Positions 26,365-36,552 of a stretch of 53,516 bases of DNA are shown here, in pieces. A model generated the notes under the pieces. The model was not told where the DNA came from. It made no database searches and saw nothing but the letters and a program-made list of their open reading frames with translations. The stretch is taken from positions 1 through 53,516 of the IMG/VR virus record IMGVR_UViG_3300037840_000123. One strand, written 5' to 3'. The position numbers and the translations under genes are program-made. The first letter of the stretch is position 1; every line of letters starts with the position of its first letter. This DNA is from a virus. Lineage: Duplodnaviria > Caudoviricetes.

Positions 26365-28185
26365 CTAGCGTGTTACCGTACAGCGTACTACCATGGCCGC
26401 GGGAGTGATGTTCCCGGCGGTCGGATTCGAGAGCCACACCGTCACCGTGTTCGACGTGACCACGGGCGGCAGCATCTGAATCCCGGTTTGCCATGTAGCT
26501 CCAGGCGCGGCATTGAGAGAGCACTGTGCTACGTCGGTTGCGAGTGCCCCAGTGATGGTGATGGGCGTCTGCGACTGGGAGTTGCCGCTCGCGATCAGGG
26601 TTCCGGCTGTAGTCGTGGTCCCCGAACCAATCCTCACGGCAATGATGTTCGGTCCAACTCCGGCACTCTGTGAGATCGTTGGAGAATTGATTAGTCCGAG
26701 GTTCCCTCCAGCTACGTCACCCAAGCTGAATAGGCCGCAGCCCCCCACGCCGGTCGCGCTAAAGGTGCTGTTATTGAGTGGCATCATGTTGCCGCTTGAC
26801 CAGAACGAGGCACACGCTCCGGCCGTCACCAGGTTGTTAGGATTGGCCCACGTGCCGACCATCGTGATGCCCTCAACTCTCACCTTGGCAGTAGAGAGTT
26901 CGAGGTCGATCGGGGCAGTCACCGGCGTCAGGGTTGAAGAAAAACGGCCTCCAATAAGGTTTACGCCATTGGCTGCGACCGCCGTGTTTGGAACTGTCAG
27001 ACATGTACCTGACGCACCATTTACCTCGCAGTAGAGTCCGAGGAAATTGGCGTTATCGACAAAGTTGGCAACAATGGCAACCTCATTGAGGTTGTCGGCT
27101 TCCGCTGAACAGCCCACGCAGTTGAAATTATCTACCGGGTTGGACGCACTTCCCAGCCACCACTCATGCGCCGATGAATTCAGGCTGCGACAGTCCACTC
27201 CGGTAAATTTGGCCTGAATGTTTAACAGGTCGTATCCGATTGGGCCGGCTGCCCGAACAAATGTGCTGTTACAACTGGCGTCCACCACCGCGCCGGTATT
27301 GCCCCAGCGGAAGGCGGCGACGGTTGCCGCTACCGTCGGCATATCGATCATCACATGATCCAGCATGGTTCCGCCCACGCCGTTGTCGATGTCTACAAAC
27401 ACGGGAGGGGAGGTTCCGGTTGCATTCAGGCAAAAGTTCCGGAGGGTGGTACCTTGTCCGGCCGCTCCGGTAATCAAAAATGGAGCCGATGCGCCTCCCG
27501 TCCAGGTAAGAGTAGTGGTGCAGTGGACTCCCGCGTTCTGATAAGCGGCCCCAGCCCCCTGAATGGTCAATGGAAAGGATGGAGTGATCTGGGTGGGAAT
27601 AGTAAAGTTTCCCGGCGGAACCATCAACATACATCCAGGAGCCAGGTTGCAGGCAGCAAATGCCGCGCTGATAGACGGGAACTGGTCCGCCCAGATGACG
27701 CGCTCACCGGAGAATCCGTTCAGCGGGGATTTCGACTGCTGGTAGCCCAAGTTTCCACCGGGGGTAGACGCTCCGGAAGGCGGCGGCAGGAATGCGGATT
27801 GCGACTGGATTTGTGTGGAGATATCTTGTGACGAAGTCAGCGAGAGCGGAGTCATGGTGAAACAGGTCAGCGTGCTCAGTGATGGCGAAGAGCAGAAGGA
27901 AAATTGCCATTGCGGGTTGGCCGAGGATGGCTGGATCAAGGAGGTATTGGTCAGCGAGATCGAGAAATGACCGAAGGAATCAAGGGCAGAGATGACCACG
28001 ACAGGATTGACCGGGTTGGTATTATTGACTGTCCACGACTGGCCGGAGGGAGCAAGAACGGCGCGGCCGCTTCCCCCGGCGTAAAGGACGCCGCTTGGGT
28101 CCTGAACGGTTCCTGTGACGGTGATCTGCTGGCTCCACGAGAGAGGAGTGAGCAGCCACAGGAGGATTGTCAGTCGTCGTATCAT
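26365..28185 (-). CDS. signal-peptide-bearing beta-helix tailspike-like protein
   Basis: MIRRLTILLWLLTPLSWS-QQ; ITVTGTVQDPSG N-domain; ISAAFAAC...VPPGNF (pectate-lyase-like entry motif). Confidence 0.75.
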   Translation of the reverse strand: MIRRLTILLWLLTPLSWSQQITVTGTVQDPSGVLYAGGSGRAVLAPSGQSWTVNNTNPVNPVVVISALDSFGHFSISLTNTSLIQPSSANPQWQFSFCSSPSLSTLTCFTMTPLSLTSSQDISTQIQSQSAFLPPPSGASTPGGNLGYQQSKSPLNGFSGERVIWADQFPSISAAFAACNLAPGCMLMVPPGNFTIPTQITPSFPLTIQGAGAAYQNAGVHCTTTLTWTGGASAPFLITGAAGQGTTLRNFCLNATGTSPPVFVDIDNGVGGTMLDHVMIDMPTVAATVAAFRWGNTGAVVDASCNSTFVRAAGPIGYDLLNIQAKFTGVDCRSLNSSAHEWWLGSASNPVDNFNCVGCSAEADNLNEVAIVANFVDNANFLGLYCEVNGASGTCLTVPNTAVAANGVNLIGGRFSSTLTPVTAPIDLELSTAKVRVEGITMVGTWANPNNLVTAGACASFWSSGNMMPLNNSTFSATGVGGCGLFSLGDVAGGNLGLINSPTISQSAGVGPNIIAVRIGSGTTTTAGTLIASGNSQSQTPITITGALATDVAQCSLNAAPGATWQTGIQMLPPVVTSNTVTVWLSNPTAGNITPAAMVVRCTVTR

Positions 28186-28355
28186 GCCCGCTTCCTTTTG
28201 CCGCGATGGTATCCACCACGCTTGGTGAGTCGGCCTTCGTCGGCCATTCCTTCGGCTTCACCAACTACGGCCTCCCCAGGAACGCCTTCTCGACGAAGTT
28301 TAGAAATCTTGATCCTTATGGGGGACTTGCGGTCGCGTTTCTTCTTCCTGCTCAT
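28182..28355 (-). CDS. 57-aa basic protein
   Basis: MSRKKKRDRKSPIRIKISKLRREG...GYHRGKRKRA; ATGA-coupled on both sides. Confidence 0.65.
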   Translation of the reverse strand: MSRKKKRDRKSPIRIKISKLRREGVPGEAVVGEAEGMADEGRLTKRGGYHRGKRKRA

Positions 28356-29860
28356 CTCTGGTCTCCTTGACCTGCACCTACAGTCTGCGTGAGTTGGCCG
28401 GCGAATGGCAACGGGCGAGGAGGAGGATTGACCCCTCTTCGCAGCATCCGCTCGGGTCTGCGTAATCCTTCAACTGCAATATCCCCGGCGGCCCGGCCCG
28501 CGAAAACGTCCGCCAAGCCATGCAGGAATTGTCCCGAGAACAGCGATCCCAGCATCGAGCCGACGTTCTCGGATGCCCGTCGCGATACCCAGTCCATGTC
28601 GCCGGAGGTACGGTCGAGCTGATCCATCCTCCGTTCAGCCTGTTGCTGGATTTCCTTGAATGCTCCGTAGCGTTGCTTCAGGTCGGAGTAGCCGGATAAC
28701 TTCCACTCGATCTGATCCTGTAGAGATTCCTTGACGGCGGTCATTACCGATACCGGATCACCAGAGCGGATCGCTTGATATTGTGCATCTGGTGGGAGTT
28801 TGCGAAACTTGTTGAGTTCGGCGTTGATGTCCTGCACCACTTGTTCCGCCTGCGACAGATTCATCGGATTGCGGATGAGGCTCTGCTCGATATTGGTCGC
28901 TTCGTCCTGAATCATCTTGGCCTCAGGGGGAAGTACATCTGTAGGGGTGGTACGAATTTTCATCCACGGAGTGATGCGTTTGCGTACCATATCGCCTACC
29001 TGTATCGCGTCGATCTTCCCGGCGGTAGGCGAACGGCGATAGAGGCGGCCAGCGAGGTCAGCGGCAGCCCCACGGCGGCCTTTCTCGGCGAAGTCGCGCA
29101 GCTCGGGGAAATCCTTGACCTTGGATTGCTGAAGGTCGCCTCGGAGATATTGGTAAGCGCGGCGGAGCGCAGGAACATCTTTGGTAGTGGGACGAAGCGA
29201 TCCGACGAATGCGCGCTCCTCGCGTGCAAACAGTCCCGGCATGACACGGGAAATGGCCCCTTCGGTGGCGCGGAGAGTCTGAGCCGCAGAAGGAGCGCCG
29301 CCCAGGATTTGTGCGCCGCCGCTCAACGCCTTCTGCGCTCCTTCAGGGGTCGTAATTCCTTCCTTCACTCCTTCATAGATATCGCCTACGCCATGTGCAC
29401 CATAGGCGGCCCCTTGTGCGGTGAGCAGAGCGCGGGCGGCTTTACCGACGGCTCCGGGCAGCTTGGCCATCTTGGCCAGTCCTGCCGTGGCGATTGACGC
29501 TGGGGAAGTCAACGACGAAGCCGTCTTCGAGAGATCGGACATGAATCCGGTGTTGAATACCCGGCTGGCTGCGTCTCCCGGTGACTCATTTAGCTTCGGT
29601 GGGCGGTCGCGTTCGGAATCCAGCGACTGCATGGACTCGGTGCCTCCTGTCGCCCACTTTACGATGCCCTCAGGAGTCACCAGCCCCTTATTGACGTAAT
29701 CCCAGCCCTTCTGGAACAGGGAGCGGTCTACATTGCCGGTCTCATCCACCGGGAAGTATCCCTGCGACATGGCCCGGCCAAGCTGGTCTTCAGGCAGCAT
29801 GAACTGCTGGCCACCCTTGGTGACCTTGACCTTCTTCGGCGATGTGGGTAGCTCACTCAT
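28352..29860 (-). CDS. putative internal virion/DNA ejection protein
   Basis: 502 aa; helical, Ala/Gly-rich; podovirus-typical position. Confidence 0.6.
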   Translation of the reverse strand: MSELPTSPKKVKVTKGGQQFMLPEDQLGRAMSQGYFPVDETGNVDRSLFQKGWDYVNKGLVTPEGIVKWATGGTESMQSLDSERDRPPKLNESPGDAASRVFNTGFMSDLSKTASSLTSPASIATAGLAKMAKLPGAVGKAARALLTAQGAAYGAHGVGDIYEGVKEGITTPEGAQKALSGGAQILGGAPSAAQTLRATEGAISRVMPGLFAREERAFVGSLRPTTKDVPALRRAYQYLRGDLQQSKVKDFPELRDFAEKGRRGAAADLAGRLYRRSPTAGKIDAIQVGDMVRKRITPWMKIRTTPTDVLPPEAKMIQDEATNIEQSLIRNPMNLSQAEQVVQDINAELNKFRKLPPDAQYQAIRSGDPVSVMTAVKESLQDQIEWKLSGYSDLKQRYGAFKEIQQQAERRMDQLDRTSGDMDWVSRRASENVGSMLGSLFSGQFLHGLADVFAGRAAGDIAVEGLRRPERMLRRGVNPPPRPLPFAGQLTQTVGAGQGDQR

Positions 29861-30950
29861 TCGGTGGCGGAGCCTCCGGCGTCACGGGTTCGAGATCGAG
29901 TGGTGCTTCGGTCACGTCAGGAGGAGCCAGCAACTGCTGCATCACATCCGGCCCCAGCATCCGCTCGTTCACCTTCTGGAATCCCCGTAGATTACGTTTA
30001 GTATAGGCCAGCACTCCTAATGTCACGCTGGGATTCGCCAAGGGATTGCCGCGTTGGGCCTGAAGCCGGGCAAACGCTTCCGGTCCACGGAATCCCTGCG
30101 CGCCGAGTGGGCCACGCAGGAGATTGACGTGTTCGGTCAGGGCGGCGAAGGCGGTAGCCACGGCAGACTCCTGCGGGGTGAGGGAGACGCCACGAGAAAC
30201 GAGGGATTGTACCTTCCCCTGCGGGTCAATGGTCAGGTCGATCTTCGACGCCTTGAGAAGATCGGTGAGCACGCTGGCATTCTTCTCGATAGTGTCGATG
30301 GCTCCGATGGCGGAATTGACCGCGACTGCGTTGGTGCCAGCGGAACGAAGAGTGGCGGATAGTTTCTCACGCTCGGCGAAACCACGCTGCTGCTGCTCTT
30401 GGGAGAATTTCTGCGACTTGCGTTGACGCTCATCGGCTGCCGCGCGAGCATCCTTAGCGCGTTGATTAGCGTCCTCCCGGTATTTCTTCGACCGGGCCTC
30501 AATTCCTGCCTCCGAATCGGCTTTGTCTATTTCAGTCTTAACCGCGCCAAATCCTTCTTTATAATTCCCCTGCGATGCGTACATCCCCCAGATATCCTGC
30601 GCCGCCTGCTTGCGCTTAGGGTCGGCAATAGAGTCGATGGCTTTATGGGCAGCGGCAGCAAATCCCTCATCCTCCGGCCTCATTGCGAAGTCCTTGACTG
30701 CCATCGAGCCGTCAGGATTCTGGGTGAGCGCATAAATCTTGTTGCCGATGGTCGTGAATCCCTTGTAAGCAGGACGGGTTGCAGCAGACTTGGCGGTATC
30801 CAGTTGCTGCCGGGTAACGTCCATGCCAAGCTGTTTCTGGAGTTGGTCGAGCTTCTGGCCCTGCGTGGCGAGGTTGATCTCCTTCCCCTCCTGGATATCG
30901 TTCCCAGTGCGCCCGGCTTCTTGCAGAATACTTGTCAAAAGTGCGCCCAC
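29853..30950 (-). CDS. putative internal virion/DNA ejection protein
   Basis: GGAG + GTG start; coiled-coil-rich. Confidence 0.6.
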   Translation of the reverse strand: MGALLTSILQEAGRTGNDIQEGKEINLATQGQKLDQLQKQLGMDVTRQQLDTAKSAATRPAYKGFTTIGNKIYALTQNPDGSMAVKDFAMRPEDEGFAAAAHKAIDSIADPKRKQAAQDIWGMYASQGNYKEGFGAVKTEIDKADSEAGIEARSKKYREDANQRAKDARAAADERQRKSQKFSQEQQQRGFAEREKLSATLRSAGTNAVAVNSAIGAIDTIEKNASVLTDLLKASKIDLTIDPQGKVQSLVSRGVSLTPQESAVATAFAALTEHVNLLRGPLGAQGFRGPEAFARLQAQRGNPLANPSVTLGVLAYTKRNLRGFQKVNERMLGPDVMQQLLAPPDVTEAPLDLEPVTPEAPPPNE

Positions 30951-31528
30951 TAGATGCTCCCTCCTAAGCTGCTGGTATCGCCGCTGTTCAACCCGCCACT
31001 GGGATCGTAGCTGGCCGGGAACGGCCACGTCAGGCCAGCGGTCGAGCTGGGAGCGATCGGGACTCCGGTTGGCGTGGGGGCGGTAGCCGCCGGATTCGGC
31101 TTGAACGAGTTAAGGAACAGACTCATCGCCGGGCCAAGATTGGTTGGCGGGCGGAAGGTTCCCGCCGGAAGGCCAAGCGACTGGAGAACCGCCTGCATGG
31201 CTGTGTTCTGGTTCTGCTGGTAGAACGGGGCGAGGGCTTGAGACTCGGAGGCGGCGAAAATTCCCGGCGCCTGCGAGAGTCCACGGGAGGCGAGGTTACC
31301 TTGGACTTGATTGCCAACCGCTTGCGTGAGGCCGTTGTTCAGCGGTTGCTGAATCTTGGCCGCCATCTGCGCAAGAAGCTGGGGATTTTTCAGCAGGTTC
31401 ATCACGAAATTTTGGTATTGGCCAGCCTTGTTACCTTCGAGGATATTGCCGACCTCGCCCGCGCCGACAAGTCCGCCGGAGAATAGCTTCTGCCAGTTCT
31501 GTGTGAAGAAATCGCCTAGTCCGTCCAT
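30950..31528 (-). CDS. putative ejection protein
   Basis: Gln/Gly/Ala-rich; LASRGL motif; position. Confidence 0.55.
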   Translation of the reverse strand: MDGLGDFFTQNWQKLFSGGLVGAGEVGNILEGNKAGQYQNFVMNLLKNPQLLAQMAAKIQQPLNNGLTQAVGNQVQGNLASRGLSQAPGIFAASESQALAPFYQQNQNTAMQAVLQSLGLPAGTFRPPTNLGPAMSLFLNSFKPNPAATAPTPTGVPIAPSSTAGLTWPFPASYDPSGGLNSGDTSSLGGSI

Positions 31529-31531
31529 AAG

Positions 31532-32032
31532 TTATGCTCCCGCCAACAAACCTTTGAAATCTCCGCCTGACAGTAACTGACTGAATATATCGCTTCCTCC
31601 ACCGCCACCGGGAGAGGGTGATACCGGATTTGGCTGAGGCCGGGACAGCGCGCTCAGGATGTCACCGCCTCCCTGAGAGGAAGAGGCCGGAGTCAGCCCT
31701 GAATTCCCTCCAGCGTTGAGGCCAAATAAATTGTTAATGGCCGCCTGAATATTTCCCGTTGCCTGCGGATCGTTGCCGAGGCCGGACTGAGACGCTCCCC
31801 ATTGGGCCGCGTATTCGGGAGACACGGAACCTCCGGTTTGGGCCTGCAAGGTGGGGAGCGCGGAGGATACCGCAGCCGTCTGAGCCGCGTTTTGCGGCTG
31901 GGTCAGCGGAGCCGGTGTAGTGGTTGGCTTCGGCGGAGTTCCCGATGGCTGGTTGGCCAAGTCGAGTCCAATAGTGGTCCCGGTGGTAGCCGCCGCTGCA
32001 ATCAATGGAATGAAGGGGATGACGAACGGCAT
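31532..32032 (-). CDS. putative ejection/pilot protein
   Basis: Hydrophobic N-terminus MPFVIPFIPLIAAAA; Gly/Ser-rich. Confidence 0.55.
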   Translation of the reverse strand: MPFVIPFIPLIAAAATTGTTIGLDLANQPSGTPPKPTTTPAPLTQPQNAAQTAAVSSALPTLQAQTGGSVSPEYAAQWGASQSGLGNDPQATGNIQAAINNLFGLNAGGNSGLTPASSSQGGGDILSALSRPQPNPVSPSPGGGGGSDIFSQLLSGGDFKGLLAGA

Positions 32033-32481
32033 TAAGGCATCCCCCTTAGCGGCATGGGAGCTGCCAGTAAAGTCAGGCCGTTCTTGACAGCTTGTCCTCC
32101 CAGTTTGGTGACAATACGAGCCAAGGAGGATTCCTCCTCGCGAGTTTCGTCAACAATGACCATGTAACCCTTGAAGCCGCGCTTATGGAGGGTAGATTTG
32201 AATACCCGCAACATCCGCAATAAATTAGTGGATGGCAGGCCGGGAATGATCTGTAACCGCCAGATTATCGCCATTCCATGACACGGAGACGCCATCAGTA
32301 TTCCAGTAAGCTCACCCGCGAATTCCGTTACCCATATCCACTCCGGATCAAGCTGACCGAGAATATCGAACCCAATATTAAGTGTCGATGGTATCTGCTC
32401 GCCGGGATAAAGATGACGGACACGGGTCGCAGGAGTCAGCCACTGGAGCACGTTGTCATGGATGATCGGCTGCGTCGTCAT
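32032..32481 (-). CDS. GNAT-like virion assembly protein
   Basis: WVTEFAGELTGILMA...; lies between nozzle and ejection genes as in P22/T7-like phages. Confidence 0.5.
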   Translation of the reverse strand: MTTQPIIHDNVLQWLTPATRVRHLYPGEQIPSTLNIGFDILGQLDPEWIWVTEFAGELTGILMASPCHGMAIIWRLQIIPGLPSTNLLRMLRVFKSTLHKRGFKGYMVIVDETREEESSLARIVTKLGGQAVKNGLTLLAAPMPLRGMP

Positions 32482-35243
32482 ACCACCGCCCCCGTTGCCA
32501 CAAGTCCCACTGGACGAGGTTCGAGGTGAAATCCAAAAGAATCAATTACTATCGGCCCAAACCCGCTGATGACCGCATCGAACCTGTCGTTGGTCGCCAG
32601 CACGGGACACTCTACCGCGAAGTCTCCTGATGAGGACGGCATTGACACCTGGAGCGTGTCCTGGGAAATTCCAGCCACTCGCGGCCTGATGAACAACGAG
32701 GAATTATTCTGCTGGCCCCGTACCATTATCCGGCGGCAGAACAGGCGCTCATCGGGATCCTTGGACGCTACGGCAGGAGTCCGCATCTGCCATGCGACTT
32801 GAGTGGGAGAGGAGCTTCCGGCTACGGAAGTCGCCCATTCCACATCCGCTGCCTGCCATCGCTGGAGCGTGCCATCCAGGTAGGAGCCGAACAGGGTGAC
32901 CACCTGCGATACCACGGTTCTCACCTGAATCATGGTGGATACGGGGAATGGAAGATCAACCACCGACCACGCTTTCAGGGTAAGGTCGAAGCAAAGAATG
33001 CGGGTCAGCATTCCATTCGACGATCCCTGGCCGAGGTTGGCCACCGGAATCGCGGTGACGTACATCGGAGGATTAGCGGTCTGCGCCGACCACGCTACCG
33101 ACTGCCACGACTGGTCGATGGGGACGATGTCCACCAAGTCGGGATCGTCGTTGATAAACAGGTACGGTTGAATCTGCGGCGAGATCACGCGGTCGTTCAC
33201 GCCGTCGAAGATGGCGAATCCTAAATGTGCAATGCGGCCAATGCCGAATCCGGGGATGAACTGAAGCGTTCGCGGACACATACATCCCATGTCAGTCTCG
33301 GCTCGTTGGATGGCGAAGTTATCGGACCCGAATACGCCGACAATCTGGTAGACCGCGTATTGTTTCATGGCTACCATGGAGCCTTCCGGCGGAATACCCT
33401 GTGCGGTGATGGTGAAGACAGCGAGGCCCATGCCCTCGGTGCCGTCGTCCTTGTCGAGGAAAGCCTGGTTAATCGGGTTCCACGACTGAAGGTTATTGAT
33501 GTCGCACATGCGGAGCGAGCAGGGGCCGTCGAGACCGGTGGAAGTGTTCGACGGGGAAGTATTGAACATCCACACCGAGCCGGAGTAGACGGCGATATGG
33601 GCGCATCCGGGGGGCGGAGGAGCGGCGGAATTCAAGGCACCTGCGTTTACCCAGATAACCGATCCATCGGCCACGGTGGCTCCCACGGCGGTAGGGAAAG
33701 AAGGCTGAGAGCCGCCGGAAGTTCCTCCCTGGATCGCTTTATAGTAGAAGCCGTTTGAAACGGTTGGCGTAATGATGGAATTGACCGCGTAGGCCACGGC
33801 CGTAGTCCATACCGGATACGAGGGAGTGAAGGTAGAAATCACCGGGACGGTGGTGATGACCATGCGACCGCCCGAGGATGATCCAGCACCGATGGCATTG
33901 GGATTTACGATTTTGATGTGAGTGGTGTCGGGAAGCGCGATCACGACGAAGGCCGAAGCCCCATTGCCGTTTGTGTTGTAGGCGTTATTGGTGATGCCTT
34001 CGAGATAGATATTGGCCCCAAGGGCCTGCGTGAGGTTAAGCCCATGGGGGCCGGAAGTCTGGATAGTAACGACTCCGTTCGCATCCACTGAGATCGAAGT
34101 GATTCCGGTTTCACCGGCTGGATTCGTAGGAGTTCCACTATGGTCGGAATAGACCTGCGGCGCGAACCCGTTGCCTAACGCCAGTACGGCCTGATTAGTG
34201 AACTGCACGATCTGAGGAATCAGGCTAACGCCGCCCACGATACCACCGGAAGGAGTTGAGCCTTGTTGTCCGCCGCCGCCGAATGTTCCGCCTCCGGGAA
34301 ACCCGTCAGGGAAGCGAACATCGGCAGGGAAGAATGCCGCAATGAGTTCATCGTTATAAAGGATCCCATAAGAGGCCGGGCGCATGACGTAGAGCGCGGT
34401 CTGCTGGGTGGTATCAGCAAGAGGAGGCGACTGGCTGAAGAAGAACGTTCCTCCCGTTGAGGACTGCACGGGAGAGTGGGTGCCCCCTGTAAGCGATAGA
34501 ACGGAGTTCGAGATATTGTAAGAGACAACGTAGGTGCCATTCAGGACAGAGTTGGAACCGGCAGTATAGATACCGGAACCTCCGCCAGAAACCTGGAAAT
34601 CAGCCGCCAGTGTCAGCACGTAATTGGCGGGAATAGCCTGCTCGATCAGGGAGGTCACGGACAGGGTGACCCCAAGAGTGGCTGCTCCGGTGTCCGTATA
34701 GGCAAGGGCCGTGACTGGCAGGCCCACACCAACCAGCAAGGTCTCGCTGCCGGAGGCCGTGCCCCGGTAGATGTTGTAGGCAACAGCATTGGGAACAACG
34801 TTCCACGCTAGCGCGACAGAAAGGTTGCCGCCGGAAGGAGTGGCTGAGACTTCATTAGATGCGACAGTCTCTCCGCCAACGCCGTCGAGGGCAGTCACAA
34901 CGTAATACTGCTTAATGCCGGTAGAAAGAGAGCCTCCAGCGGCTAGGGTGGCGGTAAGGTTAGCGGGCGCTCCTAGTGGCTGGTCGAGAGCTTTCATTAG
35001 GCGGAGATAGTAGGGAGCGACTCCGGTCGGCTGGAAGAAGAATTCACACATGGCCCGGCCGCGACCAAGGGTGGGGACACCGTTGTAGGCATTTACGATG
35101 GCGGAACCGTCTACAGTTTTCAGGGCGCCGCGCTTAGTCGCCAAAAGATTGGAGGCACGGGGAATGGAACCTTTCGGTTGGGTCAGAACGCCGGTCGAGG
35201 CATCAACCATTTTAGGAAATGGTCCGAACGAAACCGGCTTCAT
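32478..35243 (-). CDS. tail nozzle / head-stabilisation (P22 gp10-like) protein with inserted accessory domains
   Basis: About 921 aa; propeller-like C-half (MGCMCPRTL, FAIFDG, ISPQI); inserted FN3-like and CBM5/12-like segments. Confidence 0.65.
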   Translation of the reverse strand: MKPVSFGPFPKMVDASTGVLTQPKGSIPRASNLLATKRGALKTVDGSAIVNAYNGVPTLGRGRAMCEFFFQPTGVAPYYLRLMKALDQPLGAPANLTATLAAGGSLSTGIKQYYVVTALDGVGGETVASNEVSATPSGGNLSVALAWNVVPNAVAYNIYRGTASGSETLLVGVGLPVTALAYTDTGAATLGVTLSVTSLIEQAIPANYVLTLAADFQVSGGGSGIYTAGSNSVLNGTYVVSYNISNSVLSLTGGTHSPVQSSTGGTFFFSQSPPLADTTQQTALYVMRPASYGILYNDELIAAFFPADVRFPDGFPGGGTFGGGGQQGSTPSGGIVGGVSLIPQIVQFTNQAVLALGNGFAPQVYSDHSGTPTNPAGETGITSISVDANGVVTIQTSGPHGLNLTQALGANIYLEGITNNAYNTNGNGASAFVVIALPDTTHIKIVNPNAIGAGSSSGGRMVITTVPVISTFTPSYPVWTTAVAYAVNSIITPTVSNGFYYKAIQGGTSGGSQPSFPTAVGATVADGSVIWVNAGALNSAAPPPPGCAHIAVYSGSVWMFNTSPSNTSTGLDGPCSLRMCDINNLQSWNPINQAFLDKDDGTEGMGLAVFTITAQGIPPEGSMVAMKQYAVYQIVGVFGSDNFAIQRAETDMGCMCPRTLQFIPGFGIGRIAHLGFAIFDGVNDRVISPQIQPYLFINDDPDLVDIVPIDQSWQSVAWSAQTANPPMYVTAIPVANLGQGSSNGMLTRILCFDLTLKAWSVVDLPFPVSTMIQVRTVVSQVVTLFGSYLDGTLQRWQAADVEWATSVAGSSSPTQVAWQMRTPAVASKDPDERLFCRRIMVRGQQNNSSLFIRPRVAGISQDTLQVSMPSSSGDFAVECPVLATNDRFDAVISGFGPIVIDSFGFHLEPRPVGLVATGAVV

Positions 35244-35301
35244 CGCAGCCCCCGATCGCGAGACGCAGTGGTAGAGGCCGTACGGGATTTCTTCCATCGC
35301 T

Positions 35302-36552
35302 TCATGGTCCGGGGATGATTTGGCCTCCTGCTATTGTATTGTTAAAAATATTAGGCCGCTGTGACGCATATCCGCTGACCTGAACCTGGCTGACGACGCC
35401 CTTATTTGCCAGCATCCACTTCGTCGCTTCATCGAAACACTGCTTCTCCAGATCCGCCGCCGCCTTCATGTCCAGCTCGTTCTTCTTGGCCTGCGCCAGC
35501 ATGTAGAGCGGGAGAATGCCTTCCCATCCCATCGGCACCGGAAGCTGCTGATAAGCCTGCCCCGGCGAGAGCAGGTTCGAGGGAAGGATGCGCTTGCCGC
35601 ACCAGAACAGACTTAATTCGGTGACAGTGGTTCCCAGGGGCCACGCCTGCGCGAGTGAGCCGCCGATGCCGCGAATAAGGCCAGAGATGGCACCGCCGGC
35701 GAGAGACGCATAGGCCACGAACTCGGTGCCGATCTGTGCAAAGCCGAATGGGAGAAGAAACGCGCCCGTGTTGGCGATGGCAACAGAGGAATCCGCGGCC
35801 CCCATCCCGGCGGTGGTTGCGGTCATGCCCGAGGAGCGATCCGGCTGGTAGCTGACTTCAATCACCTGCTGGTTGGAAAAGATGGATACCGAGACGTTCG
35901 AGAGCACGGAGGTCGAGACTGCGTTGCGGCGGAAGAAGTCGCCGCGCCGCCCACCCTGCACCCAGTAGCCGCCGTACCACACGTCGGATATTTCCACCCA
36001 CTCGCCAGGGAGGACGTAAAGCGGCTGGCCTGCGACGGTAGGAACGCCGCAGTAGTCGAGGAGACCGCCGGTCACGCGGGAGATTTTATTCAGCCCCTCG
36101 TTCATCCAGTCGTAAAGGACAGCGGCAGAGAAGGCTTTGCCGTCGGAGTCCATCATATAGGCGGAATTGCGCGTTGGGGGAGCGCCGAATCCGGTGGGCG
36201 GGGCGGAGATGGTGAACGGAGAGGTAGTGGACTCGACGAATTGAATCTCGGTGCCCGGCGCACCGTTGGGAAGGGTAAGATAGGCGCGGATGGCTACCGC
36301 TCCGGGGAGGAGAGCAGAGCCGATGGATATCCCCTGGTTAGCTCCAACGATAAGACCGGCAGCCTCTCCGGTCGGGGCGGTCTCTCCCCAGGGATTGCGC
36401 TGAGTGATAACACAGGCGTAGGTGCCAACCGGAAGGGTGCTTCCGGCAGAAGTCACCACGCCGGACGAGACCGGAGACGGAATCGGCAGAGTCGGCGGAA
36501 GATCGGGGATCTTCGCCCGCGTGCGGAAGATCATATCGCCGATCAATGACAC
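35302..36552 (-). CDS. head-tail adaptor-like structural protein
   Basis: LYDWMNEGL..., TVAGQPLYVLP, W...LPLYMLAQA; directly precedes the nozzle gene. Confidence 0.6.
   Translation of the reverse strand: MSLIGDMIFRTRAKIPDLPPTLPIPSPVSSGVVTSAGSTLPVGTYACVITQRNPWGETAPTGEAAGLIVGANQGISIGSALLPGAVAIRAYLTLPNGAPGTEIQFVESTTSPFTISAPPTGFGAPPTRNSAYMMDSDGKAFSAAVLYDWMNEGLNKISRVTGGLLDYCGVPTVAGQPLYVLPGEWVEISDVWYGGYWVQGGRRGDFFRRNAVSTSVLSNVSVSIFSNQQVIEVSYQPDRSSGMTATTAGMGAADSSVAIANTGAFLLPFGFAQIGTEFVAYASLAGGAISGLIRGIGGSLAQAWPLGTTVTELSLFWCGKRILPSNLLSPGQAYQQLPVPMGWEGILPLYMLAQAKKNELDMKAAADLEKQCFDEATKWMLANKGVVSQVQVSGYASQRPNIFNNTIAGGQIIPGP

Noticed and set aside
26351-26524. Extended N-termini in the ORF track (26524, 22763, 20615, 17780, 9782, 44130)
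   Set aside because: They overlap upstream genes or lack an RBS; downstream starts have clear Shine-Dalgarno sequences or translational coupling
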